This document shows, piece by piece, positions 10,690 through 20,484 of a stretch of 64,000 nucleotides of DNA. The position numbers and the translations under genes were made by a program. This DNA is from Nannocystales bacterium (GTDB lineage: Bacteria > Myxococcota_A > Polyangia > Nannocystales > Nannocystaceae). The stretch is from contig JBOEGF010000018.1 of assembly GCA_050633305.1 (NCBI GenBank), positions 736,001-800,000 on the forward strand. The letters run 5' to 3'. Numbering within the stretch: position 1 is the stretch's first letter; each line of letters starts with the position of its first letter. A model generated the notes under the pieces. It made no database searches and had not been told where the DNA came from. It saw nothing but the letters and a program-made list of their open reading frames with translations.

Positions 10690-11214
10690 TCAGCCGCCGA
10701 TGTAGTCCTTGCAGTCGTCGTTCTGACAGAACATCCCGGCCGGGCAGTGGCTGTGCTCGGTGCACTCCGACCCTGCATCACAGAAGCCGTCGCTGCAGAT
10801 CTGCGCCTCTTCGCACTCCCCGTTGAAGGCGCAGGAGACGTTGGGGACGCACTCGAAGTCGATGCACCCCTGAGCGGGGGCACATTGCTCATCCTGTGCG
10901 CAAGCCCGTCCCCCTCGACAGATGCCGTCCAGGCACGTGAGACCGTCGGGACAGTCTTGATCTCCGCCGCACGGGTTGCAGCCGGTGATGCACACGCACG
11001 CTTCTTCGACACAGATCGAACTCTGGGGACAATCGAGGTTGACCGCACATTCGGCCCCCGGCGGCAGGCTTGTACTTCCGTCTCCAGAGTTCGTGGTCGG
11101 AACATCCGAATCAGTGTCCGAATCTGAACCTGATTGCTGGGCGAGTTCGGACCGCCCGCACGAACTGAACACGAGCACGACCAGAACGCCGACGATGACG
11201 AGCCAGCGGGGCAT
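10690..11214 (-). CDS. Cys-rich repeat lipoprotein
   Basis: Signal ending FSSC, S/D/T linker, then repeated Cx4-5Cx5Cx4C modules. Confidence 0.75.
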   Translation of the reverse strand: MPRWLVIVGVLVVLVFSSCGRSELAQQSGSDSDTDSDVPTTNSGDGSTSLPPGAECAVNLDCPQSSICVEEACVCITGCNPCGGDQDCPDGLTCLDGICRGGRACAQDEQCAPAQGCIDFECVPNVSCAFNGECEEAQICSDGFCDAGSECTEHSHCPAGMFCQNDDCKDYIGG

Positions 11215-11267
11215 CGTGGGTCAGTCCGCGCCTCGGACAGAGTCCGTGAAGAAAAGATCGCGAGCGA

Positions 11268-12524
11268 TCACGCCCCTGGCCGAAACCGCCGAACGGCGAA
11301 CCCTGGGCCTGGGCTCTCGACAACGAGGTCGCCGTCGATGAGCATGGCATTTTTCGGACTGGGGCTCCCGAATGCGCCGTGGGTGCTGAGGGCGGCACAG
11401 CACGTCTCGGCGATGGCGTGGACTTCGAGCGCATCCTGTTCGAACACCGCCCAGCGCTGTTCGCCTTCGATCGCGAGTGCAATTGTTGTAGGACCGACGC
11501 CGTCCTCGATGGGGGCGAGCGCGAAGGTCTCGAGCGCTCCTGTCCCGACGTCGAGAACCCTGACCGTTGGGCTGGAGTTGGTGGACGCTGTCGCGAGGTA
11601 GGCGCGTCCGCTATCCAGGGCAACGTCGCGTCCGCTGCTGGGAAGGAGAAATACAGGAGACTCCCAGTCGAAGACCGTGGTGCTCGACGTCGTGTCCACG
11701 TTGCGCACGAACCAGTGCTGCTCGTTGGATGTTGTGGAGTCCCGTATTCCAAGAAGCCACAAGCCTGCCTCGTCCATCTGGGCAAGAAGCATCGACTCCC
11801 CGGGGGAGAGGAGTGCGGGCCAGAGCTGAGGTTCCGCACCACACTCGTCGACTCGCACGACGTCGCTGCTGTCGGTGAGCAGCCAGGACCCATCAGCCTG
11901 CGCGAACGTGGTGGTGGCGAGCATCGGAGCAGGCACCACGCACAGCGAGTTCATGTCGGTGTCGAAGAGGTGGAGGTCGGTCTGTCCTCTGGAAGCGTCG
12001 ACCGCGACCGCGAGCCTGGTCGCGGAGGCGGCCAGCCCAACGATCGCGCCGACATCGACTTCCCCGAGCTCACCCAGTTCGGCGATGTTGGTGAACTCGA
12101 GTTCGCCCTGGGGGTCCGCGTGCAGCAGCAGTGCGGTCTGTGGGCTCTCCGGGAGCGGTTGTCGCAGTGCCCAGCTGTGGCCGCTGGTGGCGATGCTCGA
12201 GCCAAGATCCGCGAACCCCTGCTCGCGTCCGATCGTGAAGTCGATGCTCCAGTCCAGCGTGAGCTCCGGAACTCCGCACGCACAGCTCGGACCTCCGGAG
12301 GAGGACACCTCGCTGCTTGTCGTCGCGCTGCCCGTCGAGGTCGTGGACGGCGCGGTGGTGTTCGTACCGTGACTTGTGGAACTCGGTGCGCTGCCCGAGC
12401 TCGCAGGGTCTTCGGGTCCCGAAGAGTCGGCGCCCCCGGTCCCGGCCATCTCGGAGGTCGAGACCGCGGGACCGCAAGCGAGCGAACAAGCCGCCAACAA
12501 CCCCCCCCCCCGCGACGCGAGCAT
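11268..12524 (-). CDS. Hypothetical lipoprotein (S/T-rich linker, probable beta-rich domain)
   Basis: LLAACSLAC lipobox-like signal, Ser/Thr tether, 418-aa ORF starting 12 bp after the upstream gene. Confidence 0.65.
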   Translation of the reverse strand: MLASRGGGLLAACSLACGPAVSTSEMAGTGGADSSGPEDPASSGSAPSSTSHGTNTTAPSTTSTGSATTSSEVSSSGGPSCACGVPELTLDWSIDFTIGREQGFADLGSSIATSGHSWALRQPLPESPQTALLLHADPQGELEFTNIAELGELGEVDVGAIVGLAASATRLAVAVDASRGQTDLHLFDTDMNSLCVVPAPMLATTTFAQADGSWLLTDSSDVVRVDECGAEPQLWPALLSPGESMLLAQMDEAGLWLLGIRDSTTSNEQHWFVRNVDTTSSTTVFDWESPVFLLPSSGRDVALDSGRAYLATASTNSSPTVRVLDVGTGALETFALAPIEDGVGPTTIALAIEGEQRWAVFEQDALEVHAIAETCCAALSTHGAFGSPSPKNAMLIDGDLVVESPGPGFAVRRFRPGA

Positions 12525-12536
12525 GGGTCAGGCGAC

Positions 12537-14630
12537 TCATGGACTACAGAGGTCTTCGTTTTCCTCGCCGCCCTCGCACCCGGACAGCTCGGGGAACGAG
12601 CAGACGCCGTCGGGGCAGGAGTTCACAACCTCGCCGGTCCGTAGGAAGCGGTCGAGCTGCTCGTCGGCGGACGGCAACCCGCGCAGCCCGCCGTGCGGAT
12701 CGGTGCACAGCCGCATCGGGACCGGGCAGGCAGGCTCGGGCGGGAGTCCAAAGTCGTACTCGATGTACCCGATGCCTTCGGCCTCGGTGGCGGTCTCCAG
12801 GCCGAACACCTCGCGAACTCCGGACTCCACGTGCGGGGCACCGAGTGAGCGCGCCTGAAAGTGGGCCGACGCGGTGGACACGGAGTGGTCCCCGACGGCG
12901 GCGCGCATCATCAGCTCGTGGACCGGGGAGCCCTCGAACGGGTCGTCGCGCAGGTGGGGGAGGAAGCCGACGGGTTCGGAGCGGTCCCAGAAGTTCTGCG
13001 TCAACGAGAGCGCCATTTGAACGTCTCGTGGGTCTTCGTAGGTGTTGTTCGCGATCGCGAAGAACGGGTCAAACTGCCGGCTACGGGTGAGGAGGGTGAC
13101 GAATGGGGCGCCCATCACGTCGGCGGCGCCCCGGGTCACATCCGTCGACAGGGCCAGGTACACCGTGCCCAGGATGCCGCCGAGGCTGATCCCGTAGTAG
13201 TAGTTCTGCGAGGCGTCCAAGAGCGGCGCGTAGGTCTCGTCTGTTGCAACTGTCCCGGTGACCACTCGGTTGAGCACGAGGGCGTTGATGACGGCCTGCT
13301 GCGTTCGCGCGAACTGGCCCTCGTACTCTTCGATGCGTCCGCTGTCGAAGATGACCCCGAGGAAGGCCTCGTCCGGGGCGGAGAGGCCGATCCAGTCGGT
13401 CGAGTACATCGCGTACCCGTAGGTATCCATGAAATCGAGGAAGTGGTCGCGCTCGATCTCCCCGCGTTCGCCGAGCAGGCCGTGTCCGTATTGCAGCAAG
13501 GCTGCCGGGTTCTCGTCCGACGCGGAGGCCGGGATGAGCATGGTGAAGCGGAAGTCTGCGCTGCCGTTGGCTTCGGGGAGCCCGTCGTTGCCGAGGTTGA
13601 GCACCGAGACAGGTCCCGGAACATCGAGGAACAGCGGCACGGAGAACCGCCCTTCGATGTGATACGCGATTCGGGGGTCGAAGTCGGTGGTCACCTCGAT
13701 CAGCTCGAAGCCAGGAGCGTCGCCCACTTCGGCCAGCGCGACGTCGCGCATGTGCACGAGTCGCTCGGTGTTGTTGGTGTCGCTGGCGGTTGTGAAGTCC
13801 CACGCGAGCTGCAGTGTGTCTCTTTCGACACCAGCATCGCCGAGCCGGGCGAAGATGTCCGCGTACAAGGGGCGACGGCTGCCGAGCTCAGGGTCGCCGG
13901 CTTCGGTGAGGTCGCGAAGGGCAGCGAACGCCTGGGATGCGGCCAACGGCGCCCCCGCATCGTCGACAACGTCTCGGATGGCCACGATGTAGCGGCGACC
14001 CGGGGTCAGGGCGGCGGCAGGGCGAACGAACAGCGTCGCGCGGGTGCTGTCTTCGACCCGCTCGATCTCGGTGAAGTGTGCGACCCGCTCGCCGGACTCG
14101 GCGTCGAGGAGCACGGTGGGTGAGTCGGCGTCGAGCGAGGCCGCCACGTTGGTGATGATCGGGAGGCCGGCTTCGCTCGCGCCGGGCATGTGCACCATCA
14201 TCACCGAGCCCACCGAGAAACCATCGCGCGAGTCCCAAGCCGCATTCATTGGCTTGACGTCGCTCTTGCTGGTGGGCATCAGGGATTCGGAGAGCGCGAG
14301 GCGGCGGCCTGTCTGTGTGCTGTCGTCCGCGACTGTGAAGACATTGTTGGGGAATGGATAGCCGCAGTACTCGGGGACGAGGGGATCACAGTCGAGCTGC
14401 ACCCAGTCCACCTCAGGATCGGGTTCATCTACGCTCGGTCCGCTTGTACTGGACGCGTCGGCGTCGGTATCGGGGACCGTCGTTGCTTCGGTTGTTCCCG
14501 ACGTGTCGGGGCCAGTCGTACTTGTGTCCGTGTCGGAGTCGCCCTGCGGTGTCCCGCTGTCGTCGCCGCAGCCAGTTCCAAGAGCCAATGCACAACACAG
14601 CAAACCCAACCAACGGCGACAAGTGAGCAT
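12537..14630 (-). CDS. Lipoprotein with alpha/beta-hydrolase (lipase-like) domain
   Basis: Signal MLTCRRWLGLLCCALALGTGC; PFPNN..DGFS N-domain; QYGHGLLG; nucleophile elbow YYYGISLGG; candidate Asp (GDHSV) and His (DPHG). Confidence 0.75.
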   Translation of the reverse strand: MLTCRRWLGLLCCALALGTGCGDDSGTPQGDSDTDTSTTGPDTSGTTEATTVPDTDADASSTSGPSVDEPDPEVDWVQLDCDPLVPEYCGYPFPNNVFTVADDSTQTGRRLALSESLMPTSKSDVKPMNAAWDSRDGFSVGSVMMVHMPGASEAGLPIITNVAASLDADSPTVLLDAESGERVAHFTEIERVEDSTRATLFVRPAAALTPGRRYIVAIRDVVDDAGAPLAASQAFAALRDLTEAGDPELGSRRPLYADIFARLGDAGVERDTLQLAWDFTTASDTNNTERLVHMRDVALAEVGDAPGFELIEVTTDFDPRIAYHIEGRFSVPLFLDVPGPVSVLNLGNDGLPEANGSADFRFTMLIPASASDENPAALLQYGHGLLGERGEIERDHFLDFMDTYGYAMYSTDWIGLSAPDEAFLGVIFDSGRIEEYEGQFARTQQAVINALVLNRVVTGTVATDETYAPLLDASQNYYYGISLGGILGTVYLALSTDVTRGAADVMGAPFVTLLTRSRQFDPFFAIANNTYEDPRDVQMALSLTQNFWDRSEPVGFLPHLRDDPFEGSPVHELMMRAAVGDHSVSTASAHFQARSLGAPHVESGVREVFGLETATEAEGIGYIEYDFGLPPEPACPVPMRLCTDPHGGLRGLPSADEQLDRFLRTGEVVNSCPDGVCSFPELSGCEGGEENEDLCSP

Positions 14631-14714
14631 ATGCGGAGTATACGGGAGGTCTCCGACGCTTCTTGCGCGGCGCTGACTATTCATGGGCCCTGCTCGTCGG
14701 TCATACTTGTGAGC

Positions 14715-15941
14715 ATGTCGGGGGGATGGTTGGCAACGCTGGCGACGCTCGTCGCGAGCGCGCTTGGGATGCCGCTCGCCGACCTCCAGCCCTCGGGCGC
14801 ACAGGATGCCCCGGCGGGTCAGACTGTACCCGAGGGCTCGGTGGACGAATCTACGCCGCCCGCTGAAGAGGAAGACGACGGGGCCTGGCGTTTCGATCCC
14901 GCCCGCTGCGACACCCAGCATGAGGTCGAAGTCCCGCTGCGGCGACGATGGGTGCGTCACCGCGTGCAGTCTCGCGAGACGATCTCCGACATCGCGTTCC
15001 GACATGGCGTCGCCCCCTGGGAAGTTCGTGGTTGGAACGTTCTGGGCGATACGGTCCATCGGGTGAAGCGAGGCGCGCGTCTGAAGATCAAGGCCGCCCG
15101 CATCCCGCCTCCACGAGAGAAGATCGAGTACGAGGTCCAGGAGGGTGATTCCTGGGGCAGTGTTGCGCGTGCGTTCGGTGCGACGCCCTCCGACCTACGT
15201 GCGTACAACTACCCGTATCGGGGAAAGATGGACCCTGGGACCATACTCAAGGTCCACGCAGACCCGATCCTTCGGGACTGGATCGCAGCCACGCCGGCGC
15301 AAGGCGAACTCGTGCCACGCGGTGCGGTGGGGGTCGGTTCGCCGGATATGGGCTCGCTCCTGGGCGGGGTGCGCATTCCCGAGGGAGAAGGCTACTGGCT
15401 CCGGCTCCCTCGTAGCGCCTACGGGACGACGTATGCTGTGACGGCGTTCCTCACCGCGCTGTCGGACTTCCGGGATAAGTCGTCGTGGGCCGGGACGCTG
15501 GCCATCGGTGCGATGAGTGGCCCGCGCGGTGGACCGTTGGGACATCACAAGTCCCACCAGACCGGGCGGGACCTCGACGTCCGCCTGCCGCGACGCGAAG
15601 GCGTCTCCCGCTACGCTGAACTCAAGGTCAGACGAGTCGACTGGGGCGCCGCTTGGGCGTTTGTGCAGGCGCTCTCGTTGGTCGACACCCAGGTGATCTT
15701 CTTGGACTACAAACGCCAGAAGTACCTGTACCGGGCTGCCAAGGCCGCTGGCGCCGATGAGGGAACGTTGAAGTCGATGCTCCAGTACCCGCGGGGGGCG
15801 TACGTTCGTCGCGGGCTGGTGCGCCACTACCCCGGCCACGAAAAGCACTTCCACATTCGGTTCGGGTGCGGGCCGTGCGAGGTCTCGTGCACCACGGCGG
15901 CGCTGACCGAGGCCGCGCAAGCCAACGCGCCCGCCGACTGA
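14715..15941 (+). CDS. LysM-domain penicillin-insensitive murein endopeptidase (MepA-like)
   Basis: Two LysM repeats (HRVQSRETISDIAFRHGV; YEVQEGDSWGSVARAFG) and MepA-type Zn motifs HKSHQTGRDLD and HEKHFHIR. Confidence 0.85.
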   Translation: MSGGWLATLATLVASALGMPLADLQPSGAQDAPAGQTVPEGSVDESTPPAEEEDDGAWRFDPARCDTQHEVEVPLRRRWVRHRVQSRETISDIAFRHGVAPWEVRGWNVLGDTVHRVKRGARLKIKAARIPPPREKIEYEVQEGDSWGSVARAFGATPSDLRAYNYPYRGKMDPGTILKVHADPILRDWIAATPAQGELVPRGAVGVGSPDMGSLLGGVRIPEGEGYWLRLPRSAYGTTYAVTAFLTALSDFRDKSSWAGTLAIGAMSGPRGGPLGHHKSHQTGRDLDVRLPRREGVSRYAELKVRRVDWGAAWAFVQALSLVDTQVIFLDYKRQKYLYRAAKAAGADEGTLKSMLQYPRGAYVRRGLVRHYPGHEKHFHIRFGCGPCEVSCTTAALTEAAQANAPAD

Positions 15942-16031
15942 CGCGCAACCCTGGTTGCTCGGGCCTGGGGGTCGAGCGCATCTCATGACCTCGCCACGCC
16001 ACCTCACGGGTCTTCGGGCCCACAGCGTCTC

Positions 16032-16496
16032 TTAGTTCGCGGCGCAACCGTTGGCCGCTTCGCAGGACACGGAGCAATCGGGTGCCTCGCCGCACGTGAC
16101 CGCGCAGGCCGAGCCGCAGTCGACGATCTCGCAGGTTTCCGCGTTCTCGCAGTCGAGGGTGCAGCCGCCCTGCGGGCAAGACAGGGAACAGGTCGTGGCG
16201 TTCGTACAGACGCTCGCGCAGCCCAGTCCGCCGCAGGAGATGTTGCACGTGTCCGTGTTGACGCACTCGGTCGAGCATCCCCCGAGTTCGCAGCTTTGGT
16301 TGCACGTGTCCTCGCCCTCACAGAAGAGTGTGCATCCGGGGAGGGAGCACTGCTGGTTGACCTCGGCCGTGTTGGAGTCCGACCCGCTGACATCGGTCGA
16401 GTCGGCTTGTTCGCCCGTGGTCTGGACGATGAGCACGTCGTCCTCGAGATCGCAGCCGGATGCGAGGAGCAAGGTGAGACAGAGCCGTCGCATCAT
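16032..16496 (-). CDS. Cys-rich repeat lipoprotein
   Basis: Lipobox LASGC, regular C-x3-C-x4/5-C repeats; ATGA overlap with the upstream gene. Confidence 0.75.
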   Translation of the reverse strand: MMRRLCLTLLLASGCDLEDDVLIVQTTGEQADSTDVSGSDSNTAEVNQQCSLPGCTLFCEGEDTCNQSCELGGCSTECVNTDTCNISCGGLGCASVCTNATTCSLSCPQGGCTLDCENAETCEIVDCGSACAVTCGEAPDCSVSCEAANGCAAN

Positions 16497-17326
16497 GGGA
16501 GTGCTTCGAGTTGCTTGCGGAGGCGGCCGGCGTGAACGGTGTTGGGGTGTGCCTCGAGGAAGGCCTCGATGCCACGCTTTTCGGCTTCGGTGCGGCCAAG
16601 TTTGCGCAGCGCATCGATACGGCCCAGTTCTGCCTCGCGGCGGAGGCCGCCTCCGGACGATTCGAGGTACCGGTCGAACTGTGCGAGCGCTTTCTTGCCG
16701 TGGCCAGCGGAGAGCTGGAGGCGTCCCAGGGAGACTCGAGCAGCGCGGGCTTGTGGGCTGCGCGGGTGATGTCGGACCAGCGCGCTGTACTTTCGAAGGG
16801 CGTCCTTGGTGTCCTTGGCGGCAAGGGCGTCCTGGGCCGCGCGGAGCAACTCGTCCGCGGACGGTACGGGTGTCGCCTTTCGCCGGGGGGGATCCACCGG
16901 CTCAACCATCTCCGGCTCAACCATCTCCGGAGCAGCTTCGGGGGGCGGCGCCTCGAGTGAACCGGCGACGGGGGAAACCGAAGGGAGCGGTGGTGGGCTG
17001 GAAGCCTTGGACGGGGCGTGCTTACGGACGGCCTCGTCGTCCTGCTGCGGAACCTCAACGTCGGGGGCGAGGGTGCTGGGTTCTTCGGCGCCGAGCAGCG
17101 CCGCGCGCCACGATGGGGTCATCAAGGCCAGGAGCACTGCGGCGGCGAGTAGAATCACAGCCGCCGCTGCGGGGCGAACCCATCGAGGTGCGGCGGGTCC
17201 CCCCGCCCCCGGGACCTCGTCGACCTGCGCCAGTGCGACCTCCAACAGGGCATCGTCGTCCATCTCCCCGGGCAGAGGCTCGTCGCCCAGGGAGGACCAG
17301 TCGAAAGAGTCGGGTGGGTTGGTCAT
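16493..17326 (-). CDS. Probable anti-sigma factor (single TM + C-terminal TPR/BamD-like domain)
   Basis: Overlaps the ECF sigma stop; one TM (AAAAVILLAAAVLLAL), Pro-rich linker, TPR helices (YSALVRHHPRSPQA..FDRYL..FLEAHPNTVHA). Confidence 0.7.
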   Translation of the reverse strand: MTNPPDSFDWSSLGDEPLPGEMDDDALLEVALAQVDEVPGAGGPAAPRWVRPAAAAVILLAAAVLLALMTPSWRAALLGAEEPSTLAPDVEVPQQDDEAVRKHAPSKASSPPPLPSVSPVAGSLEAPPPEAAPEMVEPEMVEPVDPPRRKATPVPSADELLRAAQDALAAKDTKDALRKYSALVRHHPRSPQARAARVSLGRLQLSAGHGKKALAQFDRYLESSGGGLRREAELGRIDALRKLGRTEAEKRGIEAFLEAHPNTVHAGRLRKQLEALP

Positions 17327-17973
17327 CGGACGGCCTCCGGCTGGTCGGCGGGTGCACCGATCTTCTGCTCTCGTCGAACGAGCTTTCGGAGCGTGGCAAG
17401 GCCGAGTCGGAGGCGGCCTTTGACGGTGTTGGGACTGACGTCGGTCAGCTCGGCGACCTCATCGAGGGAGTAGCCGAGTGCGTGGTGGAGGACCAGCGCG
17501 CTTCGTTGCGCTTCGGGCAGTTCGCGAAGGTAGGCCTGCAGGCCGCGTGGAAGATCGTCCGAAAGCGGGGAATGGTCGCCCGAGAGGTCCGCTGCGTCTT
17601 CGACGCCGGCCTCGCTCGCGGTCGAGCGCTTTCGTTCGCGCTTGAGGTGTCGGAGCGCCGCGCGAGTCGCGATACGGGCGGCCCAGCGGTCGAGTGATGC
17701 GTCGCCCCGATACGTGTGACAGCTGCGCAGCACTTCCAGAAGCGCGTACTGAGCGGCGTCGTCCGCGTCGGCGGTGGACGCCGCCAAAGACCGAGCGACC
17801 TTGCGGACTCGTGGGAGGACCCGGCGGGCCACGGTCCCCTGTGCGGCTCGGTCGCCCTTCGATGCTCGCTTCGCGAGAGCGACGTCGAGCGACTCGACCC
17901 CGGATGGTTCGTCCCGCATCAGCGTTGCCCCCGCGATGCTGGAGCATATCTGTCCCGACGGGGTCGCGTACAC
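17323..17973 (-). CDS. ECF RNA polymerase sigma factor
   Basis: Region 2 DADDAAQ..YRGDASLDRWAARIA; region 4 LPEAQRSALVLHHALGYSLDEVAELTDVSPNTVKGRL. Alternative start 17919. Confidence 0.92.
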   Translation of the reverse strand: MYATPSGQICSSIAGATLMRDEPSGVESLDVALAKRASKGDRAAQGTVARRVLPRVRKVARSLAASTADADDAAQYALLEVLRSCHTYRGDASLDRWAARIATRAALRHLKRERKRSTASEAGVEDAADLSGDHSPLSDDLPRGLQAYLRELPEAQRSALVLHHALGYSLDEVAELTDVSPNTVKGRLRLGLATLRKLVRREQKIGAPADQPEAVR

Positions 17974-18006
17974 ATCCCCTGGGTGGTCCGGTTCGCGCCC
18001 GTCGGG

Positions 18007-19131
18007 TCAGTCTTTTTTCGCCCGGCCGAGTGCCACCTCGACCCCGGCGGCGACGAGGATGCGGACACGGTCCGGTTCGTGGCGAAACGAGTCCTCGCCG
18101 CTGCGAACCACAATGTCGGCGCGGGAGAGCAAGACGTCGAGCCCGAGGTCGAGGCCAACACGGACTCGTCTCGCCGCATGAACACCAAGCCCCGCGTACG
18201 CGATGCCGCTGGTGAACACTCGAAGCCCGTCGTCGCCTTGTTGCAGCTGCGGGTTGTTGGGGTGGAGCACCCGAGTCACGGGATCCACGGAAAATGCGCC
18301 ACCCGCAGCCACGTCGATTCGAGGAGCGAGCGGTAGCCGGGTGCCAAAGCCGAGCGTGATCGGGTGGCGTCGAACGTCGGCTCGAACCTCGCCAAGCGCG
18401 ATGGCTTGTGTTGCCACGTAGGCGTACCGCGCCCACAGGGCCAGTCGCGGGCGGATCTTCCACGTGACGCGAGCGGCGACGGCGCTCTGCCACGGCATCT
18501 GATCGGAGTAGGTGTTGCCGACGTAGCTCAGCCGCACCCAGATCGGCGCCTGTTCTCGCGTTGGCCACGCGGGGGGGGCGGGCCCGGGTCGTGGCTCGGG
18601 CACGGGGGTCTGCTCGGGCTCGGGCTCGGGTTCCTGCTCAGGCTCGGGCTCAGGTTCCGGTTCCGGTTGGAACTCGGCAGGATCGACCGGCACCATGTCG
18701 CGGACCTCGCCCGCCTGAAGCGCCAGGCCGATACTCACCGTCACGTTGGCGATGACTTCGGCAGCCATGGCATCGAGCGCGTCGCCCTCAAGGCGCCGCG
18801 TCCAAACCGCCTGGGTCGACCCCTCGAACAGATATAGCCGCATCGGTTGAGGTTCGGGGACCAACCACAAGACGTTGTCGATGTCGGTCGTCTTTAGCAG
18901 TGCCTGCGAGCGCGGGCCGAGTTGCGTGATCTCGAAACTCGCCGGGTCGTAGAACTGCAGTTCGAGATCGACCCCAGCCGTCTCGGCATGCGCGACCAGG
19001 GACGCGGCGACCCGCTCATGGCCCGGTGAGCGCGGCAGCTGGAAGCCCACCACGGGCTCGTGCTCTGCGGGCGGGACGGGGTCGGAGAGCACAAGGGCTC
19101 CCAGAAGCGTTCCTGCGATGAGGGCAATCAC
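18007..19131 (-). CDS. Exported protein with PEPE linker and C-terminal outer-membrane beta-strand-like domain
   Basis: Signal peptide, (PE)n/QEPE linker, amphipathic beta strands ending ILVAAGVEVAL. Confidence 0.65.
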   Translation of the reverse strand: MIALIAGTLLGALVLSDPVPPAEHEPVVGFQLPRSPGHERVAASLVAHAETAGVDLELQFYDPASFEITQLGPRSQALLKTTDIDNVLWLVPEPQPMRLYLFEGSTQAVWTRRLEGDALDAMAAEVIANVTVSIGLALQAGEVRDMVPVDPAEFQPEPEPEPEPEQEPEPEPEQTPVPEPRPGPAPPAWPTREQAPIWVRLSYVGNTYSDQMPWQSAVAARVTWKIRPRLALWARYAYVATQAIALGEVRADVRRHPITLGFGTRLPLAPRIDVAAGGAFSVDPVTRVLHPNNPQLQQGDDGLRVFTSGIAYAGLGVHAARRVRVGLDLGLDVLLSRADIVVRSGEDSFRHEPDRVRILVAAGVEVALGRAKKD

Positions 19132-19225
19132 GCGATGCGCAGGCTACCACCGGTCAGAGGGGGCCGGGTCGTCGAAGCAGACGCTGTCCGGGGAAGGGAC
19201 CGCGCCTGCTCCGAGCAACGGGGTC

Positions 19226-19912
19226 TTAGCCGCAGGTCACGATGCCGTCGCCGCCCGCGGTTCCGAGCGAACCATCGGAGCAGCTCACGACGCAACCGCC
19301 GAGCAGATCGCAGTTGTTCACGGTGCAACCCCCCGCCGGGCAGTTCACGACGCAGGAGGTGGAGCCGTCGCACTCGACGTCGCATGCTTCGGCCGAGTCA
19401 CACTCGACGTTGCAGGGTGCGTTGGCAGGGCACGCGACCGCGCAGTCTGAGGACTCCGCACAGTTTACCGCGCAGCCCAGGTCGTCGGCGCAGGTCATCT
19501 CGCATGTGTCCTCGGCCTCGCACAGGCATTGGTTTTCGACGTCACAGGTTCCGGCTCCATCGGTGTCGAAGCCCGTGTCGTCGGTATCGAACCCACCGCT
19601 CGAACTCGAATCGCCGCCTTCGGTGTCGCCGACATCGGTGTCGGTGCCCGCCTCAGAGTCGGACGCACTCTCCGAGTCCGAGGCGCTGTCGGAGGCGGAC
19701 TCGGATGCCGAGGCGGAGTCGCTGTCGGTCGCCGAGGCCGTGGCGCTGTCCGAGGCGCTGTCGGTCTCCGCGTCGCTGTCTGAGGCCGAGGCGCTATCGG
19801 AGGCGGAACCCTCCGTTCCTGCGATACCGTCGTCGTCGTCCGTGGTTTCGATGATGCAAGCGGGGGTCAAGCTGAGGGCAGCAAACAGGGGAGCAAGGCG
19901 GAACAGGTTCAT
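19226..19912 (-). CDS. Cys-rich repeat lipoprotein with Ser-Asp-Ala stalk
   Basis: Signal ending LTPAC, SASDSASASDS low-complexity stalk, Cys repeats resembling 16032..16496. Confidence 0.75.
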   Translation of the reverse strand: MNLFRLAPLFAALSLTPACIIETTDDDDGIAGTEGSASDSASASDSDAETDSASDSATASATDSDSASASESASDSASDSESASDSEAGTDTDVGDTEGGDSSSSGGFDTDDTGFDTDGAGTCDVENQCLCEAEDTCEMTCADDLGCAVNCAESSDCAVACPANAPCNVECDSAEACDVECDGSTSCVVNCPAGGCTVNNCDLLGGCVVSCSDGSLGTAGGDGIVTCG

Positions 19913-20015
19913 GCCCCCCACGTGCGGGGATATGGAGGGGCCGGGTCAACGAAACTCGGCTCCTGCGACGCAACTGTGTCGTGGATCAATCGCGCCGGTC
20001 GCGGGTGAATAATCT

Positions 20016-20429
20016 TCAGGCAAGGGCGTCGCGCAGGCGTTGAGCGAGGGCCGCACCCGCCGCGCTGTCGAGGTTCCCCGCAGGCCATCGGAGCCCGAGT
20101 CCAGCAACATCGTCGGGCTTGGGGATGATGTGGAAGTGCACGTGGAACACCGCTTGGTGAGCGCCGGCTCCGTTGTTCTGAAGGACGTTGTACTCGTCGC
20201 ACCCCGAGACCTCCATCACGGCTCGGGCGAGCCGCGGAAGCACGCGTCCGATCGCCGCGGCGGCATCGTCGTTGAGCTCGTGCAGCTTCGCCTTCCGCTC
20301 CTTGGGGATCACCAGGGTGTGGCCTTTGGACAGCGGCCCGATGTCGAGGAACGCGAAGACGTGGTCGTCCTCGTAGACCTTGTGGCAGGGGATCTCACCG
20401 TCGAGGATCTTGTCGAAAATCGTGCTCAT
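20016..20429 (-). CDS. HIT family nucleotide hydrolase
   Basis: TIFDKIL.GEIP..VYEDD, AFLDIGP, GHTLVIPK, HVHFHIIP histidine triad. Confidence 0.95.
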   Translation of the reverse strand: MSTIFDKILDGEIPCHKVYEDDHVFAFLDIGPLSKGHTLVIPKERKAKLHELNDDAAAAIGRVLPRLARAVMEVSGCDEYNVLQNNGAGAHQAVFHVHFHIIPKPDDVAGLGLRWPAGNLDSAAGAALAQRLRDALA

Positions 20430-20484
20430 GGCCGTTGCAGCGAGGATGGAGGAGGGGGGGCTCGTTGTCGAATCCGCCGTTGTT

